Assembly: GCA_951406725.2 (NCBI GenBank)
Contig: OX597832.1
Coordinates: 1,116,001 to 1,180,000, forward strand
DNA: 64,000 nt
Source of the DNA: Octopus vulgaris
Lineage: Eukaryota
Direction of reading: 5' to 3'
This document shows, in pieces, positions 40,074-51,044 of the stretch (the stretch's first letter is position 1; each line of letters starts with the position of its first letter). Made by a program: the position numbers and the translations under genes. The notes under the pieces were generated by a model. It had not been told where the DNA came from, did no database searches, and worked only from the letters and a program-made list of their open reading frames with translations.

Positions 40074-42845
40074 CAGTTCACAATCCTTTATCCGGAACCC
40101 TTGGGGACAGTTGTCTTCTGAATTTCAGATTTCAGAACAAAAGTCAGCTGCCCCAGATTGTAAACAAGACATCAGAACAGATGTCCTACTATGGTAGCAA
40201 AAATACATGTATATGTACTCTTGATCAGTAGGAAAAATAAAGGTCACAAATATTATTACAGTTTATTTTTAGAGTAGTATACTGGTAAATGAAATAGTGA
40301 AAATTAAGATCATAAATGACAAAATACATATAGTGGGATAATTTAAAACAAAAATACATGATCCATAAGTATAGGTATACATATTTGTAGCTTACTGATG
40401 TGAGTGTACATCAGAGTTACTGAGTGGTAAAATGTGAAGGGTCACCATATGTCAATAGTTGAAAGCAAAATGAAACAGTGTAATAACAATATCAAAGAGG
40501 AAAGGAATAATATTCACTAATTTATTTGCTGGTAGTGGTTAGTAAAATATACATAGGCACGGGAGGGGCTTTGTGGTAATTAGCTTGCTTACCAACCACA
40601 TGGTTCTGGGTTCAGTTCCACTGCGTGGCACCTTGGGCAAGTGTCTTCTACTATAGCCTTGGACTGACCAAAGCCTTGTGAGTGGATTTGGTAGACGGAA
40701 ACTGAAAGAAGCCTGTCGTATGTATGTATGTATATATATATGTATGCATGTGTGTGTGTGTATATGTTTGTGTGTCTATGTTTGTCCCCCCAACATCACT
40801 TGACAACCAATGCTGGTGTGTTTACGTCCCCTTAACTTGAAATTATTTTTGAAGCAAAAGAGACCGATAGAATAAGTCCTGAGGTCAATTTGCTTGACTA
40901 AAGGCAGTGTTCCAGCATGGCCGCAGTCAAATGACTGAAATGAGTAAAAGAGTATAGTAGTAATTGACAATAGTAATGAATGTGTTGGTGGCTCGCTGGT
41001 AATTGGAAGCCTTTAAGCTGTGCATTCTGCTGATAGAGGAAGAAAGGGTAAGGATTACGTTGTCCTTTTCTGATTCAGTCAATGCTATTACTCCTGGTTA
41101 ATGACTGACATGAATGTGTGTTCTCTGCCAACTGGTTGAACGAAAGAGAGAGAGAAATGATCTCAGTTATATAGGGTATGGCGAGGAAGTAAGTCAAACC
41201 TAAAACAAAGGACTTGACTCTTCAGTTATCAACAAAGGTTCTAGGAGATCAGATGTTTCTCATTAATCTCCCAGCATGGAGATAAAATACAATGGAATCA
41301 GACAGTCGTTCTCACGAGCTACAAGTGTGTAGATTTGGTTTTGAATCTCAGGCAGGGCTAAGCAAGCTCCTACATATTATCATAATATTTCTGTAGAGAG
41401 ATTCATAAGTATTCACACTAATCTGAATAAAGAAAGTCTATAAATGGTATTACAGTCTTCATATGCTAGAGCCATACATTGGTTCAAACTAGACTAAATA
41501 TATGACTACAGTTAAGTTGTAGGACAGGGTCCATCAGTGTCACCAAACTTCTGATGATGGGCCAGGAATGGGTTTGTCAAGTGATGAATTAGCACTACAA
41601 GGGGGGCATTTTTAAAGACTTCTTTAAGTGTCATCTCTCTCGTTAGCATAGGTTTCTGTCTAAGCAATATCTCTTTAATTGCGTAAACTCCCATAATATG
41701 TCGCTATTGATAAATACCTGTTGATCAAGGCCAGCTATTAACTGATCATAATTTTCATCATATTGTCTATAGGAATTTTTTCACCTGTGTCCTCTATGCC
41801 ATCATCACTGCTGTCTTCATTCTTATCTGTATTTAACACCATTTCAGCAATTTCTTCATCACTCAAGGAATGCATGACAGGCGCAACATTGTCAGTGTTT
41901 AGCATTTTTTCAATATCCACTTCTTTTAGCTCGCACTTCTGCATGATATACTTTTAGTGTAAGTTATGAGTTTTGATATCATTTTTCTCATTAGTGACAT
42001 GAAATCCTCTGAGCTCATTATCTATAGACTTGTTTTCATCAAACATTGTTATTGGCCAAATTCTGTTCTGATCATTTGTTACTGTTGATTTATCATCATC
42101 ATTCCAAGCATTCACCACTGTGTAGAAGGCATCCTTAACAGTCTTGCATTCTTACTCCTTTGTTGACTACATCAAGCTTCATGGAGCATAAAATTCTTTG
42201 GTTACAAAACTGTAAAAACAGATGTCCCATTGGGAGGCAAGTAAATGCCAAAAACATTACTTTTCACAAGAAATTTAGCAGGGAGATGTGCAGAGCAGTT
42301 GTCCAGGAACAATAGAATTTTAGTTTTCTCCCAGTCCAGCTTGCCTGCAATGAGCTTGTGCCATTGGTTCAAAGTGGTTATTGAACCAGTCGGAAAATAT
42401 TTCTTGGGTTACCAATGCTTTTGTGTTTGCGTAATAATGCACAGGTAAATTAACTACACCTTTCGGACATCTGATGTTTTGGCTTTTTTCACCGACTGCC
42501 AATTTCACCTTGTGTTTACATGCAACATTAACATATTCAAGAATTGTTAATCTTGCCTTAGCATCCTTAAAACCTGTTGGTGCTGTCTCATCTACTGTTG
42601 TTAAGGTTTTTTTTGGAACATAGCACCAGTACTAAGCTGTTTCATCAGCATTGTAAATTTGTTCAGGAGAAAGGATTTTATCAGATATCTTTAGCAAACT
42701 TGTCTATGTAATTTTCCGTAGCTTCATAATCTGCAGAAGATTTTTCACTACAGATTTTCAAATACTTTACACCACGATGCTTCTTAAACTTATGCAGCCA
42801 ATCTTCTGAATATTGATACTCTCCGTCAATGTCATGCAGTTCTTA
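40074..42845 (-). mobile_element. Tigger/pogo (CENP-B-like DDE_1) transposon remnant
   Basis: TA|CAGTT..cttatccggaac terminus at 40074; WLHKFKKHRG, QIYNADETA, GFKDAKARLT, PVHYYANTKALVTQEIFSDWF and FLDNCSAH. Confidence 0.85.
40557..40952 (+). mobile_element. SINE family 1 nested in the Tigger remnant
   Basis: Head, ccttgggcaag core, microsatellite and 3' part. Confidence 0.88.
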
Positions 42846-42849
42846 GTCA

Positions 42850-43460
42850 TATTCTCTTCTATTGGTGGTTTTACTCCATCTCATGCAGCTGTGGTAGGAA
42901 AAACATGCCGCCCCCTCAAAATAAGTGTAGAGGAACATCACAAAGCTGTGACATGGGGAGATATTGATAAATCTGGTATAGCTGATCATGTATGGAAAAA
43001 TGGAGACCGCCTCTCCCTGTGGGATGAAGTTAAAATAATAGACAGAGAACACTACTGGAAAATGCGAAAACTAAAAGAAGCAGCACATATGCTAGGACAC
43101 AACAACCTCCTAAGCAGACCGAGTGCAGATATGAATAGCATATGGGAACTGGTGTTAAGGAAGGATAGGAGAATATTAGATTTATAAGCCTTAAAATTCA
43201 CTCTATAATTGCCGACGGCATATGGTGTAGTGGTTAAGAGTGTGGGTTACTAACCCCAAGATTCCGAGTTCGATTCCAGGCAGTAGCCCGTGCTATAATA
43301 ACAATAATAATAATAACAACATCAAAAAAATACCTTAGGAATGAGAACCCAGGTTAGAAATTTCCCCAAGATACCTGATGAAGGCTGGAGGGTATATCAG
43401 CCAAAACGTGTTAACAACAAACAGGATGAGGACAAATGTCCATCATTTGTAAATAATGTA
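42850..43460 (+). mobile_element. PLE 3' fragment: GIY-YIG C-terminus followed by the tRNA-head/hammerhead terminal repeat
   Basis: VGKTCRPLKISVEEH...SGIADHVW...VKIIDREHYWKMRKLKEAAHM, stop at 43187. tRNA-like head from about 43216; CTGATGA at 43375-43381. Confidence 0.85.
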
Positions 43461-44069
43461 AATTTGTCTTTCAGTTTCTTTAAGTCATACAGTGCTAGTT
43501 CATGCAGACGTACACACAAACACACACACATGTAAAGACACACTGAGGCACAGCACGTGCTCACACACGGATACACAAACACAGACACACAAACATACCT
43601 TCCATACACATGCACACATACTCATACACAGATAGACATCACTTTAACATTTATCAAACAAAGAGGATGGTTTAAATGTCTTTGAGAGGAACATCATATG
43701 GATGAACATGTGCATTTGCGAAGAAAACAAAGAGAAAACCAAAATCGCTATCTTAAGTATATGAGAAATGACATAGGTCAGTATTTAAAAAACACACACA
43801 TGTACAGACATACACACACTCACATACTCATCTTGGACAAATCCCAACATTGAAACATAAATTCAAAAGAAATGGAAGTTGAGAGATGTATCACCAATGC
43901 GATCAAATACTTATTTGACCAAAAAAAAAGAAGAAATAACAACAGAACAAATACTGAACAATAACAACAAAGGACCGAACCTGTGTGTGTGTTTATAATT
44001 ATCAGCATAATGTATTTCTTTCAACACACGAGTTCACATCAAGAACTTTGCAAACCAAATACAAATACG

Positions 44070-44110
<41 letters not shown>

Positions 44111-44156
44111 CACAGATATATATAGATATAGATATATGTATAAACATAAATATATA

Positions 44157-44975
44157 TTCTTTTATTTGTTTTAGTCATTTGACTGTGGCCTTTAGTCAAA
44201 CAAATCGACCCCAGGACTTATTCTTTGTAAGCCTAGTACTTATTCTATTGATCTCTTTTGCCGATCTGCTAACTTACAGGGACATAAACACACCAACATT
44301 GTTCTATATTTAAGAGGGGAGGAATTATGTACATTATTTACATTTGACGGATATTTGTCCTCATCTTGTTTGTTGTTAACACAACGTTTTGGCTGATATA
44401 CCCACCAGCCTTCATCAGGTGTCTTGGGGAAATTTCTAACCTGGGTTCTCTTTCCTAAGGTATTTTTCAATGTTGTTGTTGTTGTCATTATTATTATTAT
44501 TATTCAGGTCACTGCCTGGAATCAAACTCGGAATCACAGGCATATGGCGTAGTGGTTAAGAGCGGGGGCTACTAACCCCAAAATTCCAAGTTTGATTTCA
44601 GGCAGTGACCTGAATAATAATAATAATAACATCGAAAAATACTTTAGGAATGAGAACCCAGGTTCGAAATTTCCCCAACACACCTGATGAAGGCTGGAGG
44701 GTGTATCAGCTGAAATGTGTTAAACAAGACGAGGACAAATATCTGTCAGATGTAAATAATACACCAACATTGGTTGTCAAGCGATGGTGGAGGGACAAAC
44801 ATACACACACACACATATGACAGGCTTCTTTCAGTTTCCGTATTCCAAATCCACTCACAAGGCTTTGGTCAGCCTGAGGCTATAGTAGAAGACACTTGCT
44901 CAAGGTGCCATGCAGTGGGACTGAACCTGGAACAATGTGGTTTGTAAGCAAGTTACTACACATCCATTTCTGCGC
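44157..44975 (-). mobile_element. SINE family 1 interrupted by an insertion at 44302-44760
   Basis: The SINE halves rejoin when the insertion and one acaccaacattg copy are removed. Confidence 0.85.
44302..44760. mobile_element. Head-to-head inverted pair of tRNA-head/hammerhead modules with 12-bp TSD
   Basis: Minus copy about 44302-44535 and plus copy about 44537-44760; acaccaacattg at 44290-44301 and 44761-44772. Confidence 0.88.
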
Positions 44976-45034
44976 ATACATATATATATATATATTTTTT
45001 ATCTAGTTTCGGCTGTGGCCATGCTGGGGCACTG

Positions 45035-46160
45035 CTATTTGGTGTTGGTACTTAATTTTACTTCACGAATTTTAGGAATTGACATTTGGTGCATGAGGGA
45101 GTTTGATGCCATTGCTCTCATCTGCACCTCCTGCCGCAAAGTTGACTCATCTGGGACACTTGACAGTAAAAGGTCCAGCTTTATTTTGAAGACACCTACA
45201 TCCACCCCATACAAGTCTCTCAGGTCCTTCGGGAGGCTATTGAAGAGATGTGGACCTCTGAAGCCCAAGCTATTGCAGTATCTTGTCCTACATCTTGATG
45301 GCAAATTTGGAGTCCTTGGCACTATGAAGTGGCATCCAGTTCTAGTATTTGTGTTACTCTTGATGCCAAAGTTTGGGACAAGTCCTTCCAGATGTATATT
45401 ATGGCATATCTTTCTCGCCTATGCTCTAAGGAATAGAGTCTTAATCTCTTGAGTCTTTCCCAGTAGCTTATATGCTGCATAGAGACTTCTTTGTGTAGCT
45501 TTGTTGGATTGCTTCAAGTTCTGAGATTAATTTGACACTGGTTGGTGACCATAGCTGAGAGCAAGAGTCAAAGTGGCTTAGGACAAGTGTCCTCCAGAGG
45601 ACCATCATAGTTTCCTGATTTCTTGTTCTAAAAGCTCTAAGAATCCATCCAGTCAGCTGTCTGCATTTCATTGCCAATTTAGCAACATGCACATGGAAGG
45701 ATGCATCATTACTCATGTAAATGCCCAGGTATCGCGCTGACTGTGCCTCTAGGATTACAATCCCTCCAGGTCCATTGTATTTAATGGGTATTACATTTAG
45801 TTTTGCATGCTGATCGCACAAGGTTTGAAACTTTTCAGCATTAAACTGCATGCTATTCTTTTCAGCCCACTTGTATATTTCATCCAGCTCACATTGCAGG
45901 TGCATAGTGTCTTCAGGGTTCTGTATTACCTGTGAGACTTTTGTATCATCTGCATAACTTGTGATTGTGGCTGAGAGCATGTCTGAGAGGGCCATTATGA
46001 ACAGTAGTGGTCCCAAAACAGTGCCTTGTGGAACACCACTAACTATCTACGTGTCATTGGAGGTGGCCCACTGGCTACTACTACTTGACTTCCATTCTTC
46101 AGAAAGTCATGAAGCCATTCTCCCAATTTTCTAAATAAGCTGAGATCACGCAGTTTGTGA
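45035..46160 (-). mobile_element. CR1/Jockey-group LINE RT C-terminal remnant
   Basis: GVPQGTVLGPLLFIMAL, SYADDTKV, MQFNAEKFQ, RYLGI and LFNSLPKDLR. Confidence 0.9.
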
Positions 46161-46398
46161 CATCATCATCATCATCGTTTAACGTCCGTTTTCCGCGCTA
46201 GCACGGGTTGGACGGTTTCGACCGGGGTCTGGGGAGCTCGGGACTGCCCCAGGCTCCAGTCTAGTCTGGCAGTGTTTCTACAGCTGGATGCCCTTTCTAA
46301 CGCCAACCACTCCGCGAGTGTAGTGGGTGTTTTTTACGTGCCACCTGCACAGGTGCCAGAGGGCTCTGGCATCGGCCACGTTCGGATGGTGCTTTTTA
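46161..46398 (-). mobile_element. RTE family A 3' UTR and tail
   Basis: (CAT)n plus the reverse complement of the family A UTR end. Confidence 0.88.
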
Positions 46399-47188
46399 TG
46401 GGGGGGGGGTGCAGAAATATAGGGGAGCACCAGTGGGAGGGGTGGTTCAGAGGACAGGTACTAGGCAAGTAGAACGTAGGATATCGAGAGAGGGGTAATG
46501 CATGGTGAAATAGCGTATTGAAGAGGGGGTTCAAAGAGTAGACACCTATAATGGTGGTGGGGGGGTGCAGAAATATAGGGGAGCACCAGTGGGAGGGGTG
46601 GTTCAGGGGACAGGTTCTAGGCAAGTAGAACGTAGGATATCGAGAGAGGGGTAATGCATGGTGAAATAGTATATTGAAGAGGGGGGTTCAAAGAGTAGAC
46701 ACCTATAATGGTGGTGGGGGGGGTGCAGAAATATAGGGGAGCACCAGTGGGAGGGGTGGTTCAGAGGACAGGTTCTAGGCAAGTAGAACGTAGGATATCG
46801 AGAGAGGGGTAATGCATGGTGAATAGCGTATTGAAGAGGGGGGTTCAAAGAGTAGACACCTATAATGGTGGTGGGGGCGGGGTGCAGAAATATAGGGGAG
46901 CACCAGTGGGAGGGGTGGTTCAGAGGACAGGTTCTAGGCAAGTAGAACGTAGGATATCGAGAGAGGGGTAATGCATGGTGAAATAGCGTATTGAAGAGGG
47001 GGTTCAAAGAGTAGACACCTATAATGGTGGTGGGGGGTGCAGAAATATAGGGGAGCACCAGTGGGAGGGTGGTTCAGAGGACAGGTTCTGGGCAAGTAGA
47101 ACGTAGGATATCGAGAGAGGGGTAATGCATGGTGAAATAGCGTATTGAAGAGGGGGTTCAAAGAGTAGACACCTATAATGGTGGTGGG
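46399..47188. repeat. Five tandem copies of a ~157-bp G-rich unit
   Basis: tgcagaaatatagggg recurs at about 46410, 46566, 46724, 46883 and 47038. Confidence 0.95.
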
Positions 47189-47260
47189 AGAAACGACATC
47201 CGGTATAGTTGGAGCAAAATAGAGATATCCGGTATTGGTGGTGGGGGTGGGTAGGGCGGG

Positions 47261-47878
47261 CGCGAAGAATCGGCAGCCAATTTCTAATCAGCCCTGTAAG
47301 GGAGATAGATCTTAAATATCTATAACGATAACTAGTGAATTATACAGAATATGCAAAAACGAGGCGAGGCTGAAATAGTAAACAGAGTGGCGACTAGGGG
47401 GATCAGAATAATAATAATTAATAAATAATAATAATAAATAGAGATACGGATGAATTAAAGTTCAAAGATTTCTTATCTTGGGATCACTTCGTTTACGGAC
47501 AGACTTGGCAAAAGGAATTCGGAATCAAGAATGAGGCAGGTTACTAGCTTAAGTATGCATAGCCATGGCGAGGGGTAGGAAGAGAGGAGTCCAGACAGAC
47601 GACAATGTAAAAAGAGGGGGAGAGAAGGGAAGAGAAAAACCCCGCGAAGAATCGGCAGCCAATTTCTAATCAGCCCTGTAAGGGAGATAGATCTTAAATA
47701 TCTATAACGATAACTAGTGAATTATACAGAATATGCAAAAACGAGGCGAGGCTGAAATAGTAAACAGAGTGGCGACTAGGGGGATCAGAATAATAATAAT
47801 TAATAAATAATAATAATAAATAGAGATACGGATGAATTAAAGTTCAAAGATTTCTTATCTTGGGATCACTTCGTTTAC

Positions 47879-47882
<4 letters not shown>
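47261..47882. repeat. Two apparently identical ~240-bp direct repeats (47261-47501, 47643-47882) around a ~140-bp spacer
   Basis: cgcgaagaatcggcagcc...cgtttacggaca occurs twice. Confidence 0.95.
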
Positions 47883-47909
<27 letters not shown>

Positions 47910-48093
47910 GCTCACGTTAGTACGTTTAAATATTTGTTGTGCAAGATTTTTTATGTCGTGTGTTGAAACAGATATTGTTATATTTCAGAATGGTCATTTT
48001 GCCAGTTTATCCAATAAAAACACATGCACTATATATTTGGTGTTACTTTGCTTCAGTGTTATTTATTTTTTACATTAATCTTAATCTTATTTC

Positions 48094-48138
48094 GGCCAGA
48101 GTTCTTTCGTCACACTCCTGTGACCGCATCAGTGGTCC
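48094..48138 (-). ncRNA. Hammerhead-like motif in PLE pLTR (core variant)
   Basis: ggacca-CTGATGCG-gtcac..gtgac-GAAA-gaac-TC-tggcc. Confidence 0.6.
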
Positions 48139-48470
48139 TTTGTTTTCTTCTTTCTTATTTGTGTCTCTCCTTACTAACCGTCAGCCATTTTGTATTTCTA
48201 TTGTATGTCTTCATTTGCGCATGCTTATATCTCTATGTGCGTTTATGTTTATTTAGTGTGTGTATGTGGGGGATGCCTGTAATATTTGTATCTTCTGTTT
48301 ATATATGTTCATGTAATTTGTATTTTGTTTTTGTTGTTTTTGTTTATTCTTATTTTGTTCATGTGTTTACATCCACCTATTATTATCATTACATATGCTT
48401 GTATGTATGTATGTATGTATGTATAACAACAATACTAGTAATAATAATAAATTGAATCAAAAAAAAAAAA

Positions 48471-48527
<57 letters not shown>

Positions 48528-48623
48528 TATATACATATATATATACATATATATATATATAGTTATTTATTTCTATTAGTTTATTTATCTGTGTATTTAT
48601 TATGTTTTCAGGATCCTCTATCG

Positions 48624-50594
48624 TCATATGTTGTGGTGTGTGTTAGTGCTCCATTCTAGTTTTCTATTCAGGCTAGGTTTATTTTCTATTATGTGTGTAG
48701 CTTCTGTAATTTGTCTAATTGTTGCATCTGATCTATGTGTGGATAATATTTTAATTTCTATGTTATTGATTGATCCCCCATGTTCTTGTTCGGCGTGTTG
48801 GTACAGAATCGATGAGCTTTTACCTTCCTTGAGTTGTCTCCAATGCCCATTTACCCGCTCTCCTATGCTTCTTGCCGTTTCCCCTACGTATGTCGTTGTC
48901 TTGTTACTGCATCGTCCCTCTATACATCTTATACTATAGACTACATTTCTGGCTTTACAGTTTGTTTGTGGGCTAAATCTACATACAGTACAGTACTTAT
49001 CCGTACAGGGGGTTCTACTAAAAGGATAGGTTCTACCAATTATAGATTTGATAGGGTTGCCTGGCTTTTCAACAACCTTAATTCTTAGCTTAAGTTTGTC
49101 TAGGGTCCTTCTAAAGCGATACGCCAGTTCACCTCCAGGGGTGGTGTCAACGAACATGACACTCTGGTATTTATGGCTATCATACCAAGAGTTAGCCTTC
49201 CCTATTTTCTTTTTTGTCCTTTCTATAGTGTTCCATGACTTGTTCCTATAGAGTGGGCAAATACCATTCCTATCATTACATAATATATTATCAAATTTCT
49301 TAATGGCTCCTTTGTATACTCTGATCCTTTCTTTATGGCTGTAACCTGAGAACTGCATGCGGTGAATGAAATATTGTATGTGTCTCTTTAACTCTGTGGG
49401 CTTGCACATGCATGACACATTTCTCATTATTCTGACGAGGTCTGCCATCAAAATATTGAATTTGGCATTGTCCGCAATGGCTGAGTTCCGGTGGATCAAG
49501 TATTTTGAGGCCATAGGTTTGGCATAGTATGAATGAAGGATTTGGGTTTTATTATTCACAATTTCTAGCCAGAGTTCGGTGTCTAGTACTGGTAGTCTAT
49601 GGTTGGGGTGTTTAGTGGGGTAGTCTATTGTAACCTTAATACTCTGGTGGATGGAGTTAGCTATTTGCTGGATGCTCTCCATAGTATTAGTTTCTATTAC
49701 TATATCAACATTACTCTCTTGTGGGGGTGCCTTTACCACTATGTTGATATCATCAACATAGCGAGAGTACATGTTTACGAGTATGGAGTTCTGTGTTAGG
49801 CGTTCTTTAAGCCTTCTGTCCCACCATACCATGAAAAGGTTGGCCACATCACCAGCGATACTAACGCCGATGGCTACCCCCTCGTCCTGGGCATATATTT
49901 TATTATTAAACTTAAACGTGTGGCCTTTTAGGGTAATTCTTTTACTAGCTCCTAGTGCATGTGCGATCATTTTCTTTATCTGATGGACATTTGCGGGGCT
50001 CCGTATGGCTCTGGTCCATCTGCGCCATCTTTCTATATGTGTCTTCCTAGCCATAGAAGTAATTGTGGGCGGTCTACCTCTTAAACATCTTCTGGGGCAG
50101 AAACTACTAAGATTATGTTTATCTAAGTATTCAGTATTACATGTCAGTCTAAGTAGGAGGCCCAGTTCTTCTGTGTTGACATTACAGAACTCCACCTGGC
50201 TCTCATTGATCATCTCCACGCACTTCTCCCCTGCAAAATCTACGTCGATCAATGGGTATAGGGATACCACATCCATGCTACCCACCATACATCCTGTCAG
50301 GTCACAAGTGCTGTTACAGTCATCGATCCTGCTGAGGAGATCTTCTGTGCTGTCACAAACATCAGGTGACATCCGGATTATAGGGTGTATGATCATTGAG
50401 AGGAAGTAGGAGATTCTGTAATTGCTAGCGATATTCGCTCCACAGACTGGTCTTGTTGGTGGTCCTGCTATAGGGTCAGTAATTATTTTATGGTCCTTGC
50501 GAAGTCCATACAGTGCCGGGATATCATTGTTCCAGGCTTGAAAATTATTTGCTGTACGTTTCTGGGGTCCCAGAACAATTGTCCACATCATCAT
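48624..50594 (-). CDS. PLE reverse transcriptase + GIY-YIG endonuclease (656 aa; frame stays open to about 50650)
   Basis: LYGLRKDHK, PTRPV, SMDVVSLYP, GVAIG, RYVDD, LPVLD, Cys-rich linker CTDKYCTVC..NC, NVVYSIRC..YVGETARS..H..EA..N. Confidence 0.93.
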   Translation of the reverse strand: MMMWTIVLGPQKRTANNFQAWNNDIPALYGLRKDHKIITDPIAGPPTRPVCGANIASNYRISYFLSMIIHPIIRMSPDVCDSTEDLLSRIDDCNSTCDLTGCMVGSMDVVSLYPLIDVDFAGEKCVEMINESQVEFCNVNTEELGLLLRLTCNTEYLDKHNLSSFCPRRCLRGRPPTITSMARKTHIERWRRWTRAIRSPANVHQIKKMIAHALGASKRITLKGHTFKFNNKIYAQDEGVAIGVSIAGDVANLFMVWWDRRLKERLTQNSILVNMYSRYVDDINIVVKAPPQESNVDIVIETNTMESIQQIANSIHQSIKVTIDYPTKHPNHRLPVLDTELWLEIVNNKTQILHSYYAKPMASKYLIHRNSAIADNAKFNILMADLVRIMRNVSCMCKPTELKRHIQYFIHRMQFSGYSHKERIRVYKGAIKKFDNILCNDRNGICPLYRNKSWNTIERTKKKIGKANSWYDSHKYQSVMFVDTTPGGELAYRFRRTLDKLKLRIKVVEKPGNPIKSIIGRTYPFSRTPCTDKYCTVCRFSPQTNCKARNVVYSIRCIEGRCSNKTTTYVGETARSIGERVNGHWRQLKEGKSSSILYQHAEQEHGGSINNIEIKILSTHRSDATIRQITEATHIIENKPSLNRKLEWSTNTHHNI

Positions 50595-51044
50595 GTGGGC
50601 GTTGAGGACCTTTTCTCTCTCCTCATGTGCCTGTACAGTTGTTATCTTTGTATATATATATTTAAAGAATAATGAGAAAGTGGAAAGGTAATTAATAAAA
50701 TTATTTATTAATTATAAAATATGGCAAAATCTCCAACAGCTGTTTCATTTCAGAAATCTTTAGATAATTAATTATAAAATTAAAATCATTATAAGATGAA
50801 TTACTTCAGAAGTAGTAAATATATATCAATTAGAAATACGTGTTGAGATAACGACTATAAACCATTAACTGACAGCATATATACAAAAAGAGCCAGTTAT
50901 AGAAGGCCTCAGTCTAACATAAGGGGGAAGGTAGTGTATATTTTGTGTCTTGAAGAAAGAAGAGAAGAGATTAATATGATATCAAAGGGTACTGAGAAGG
51001 AGAAAAAGGAAAAGGAAGCAGAAAAACATGTATTTATAAATATA

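Larger units (their letters stand above)
47910..50650 (-). mobile_element. Penelope-like element, 5'-truncated, with 3' pLTR-like region (47910-48470)
   Basis: Open RT + GIY-YIG ORF; the downstream region carries a hammerhead motif and is repeated at 57904-58380. Confidence 0.9.

Noticed and set aside
47272-47295. CTGATTAGAAA on the minus strand as a hammerhead in the 240-bp repeats
   Set aside because: There is no stem II and no convincing stem I or III.
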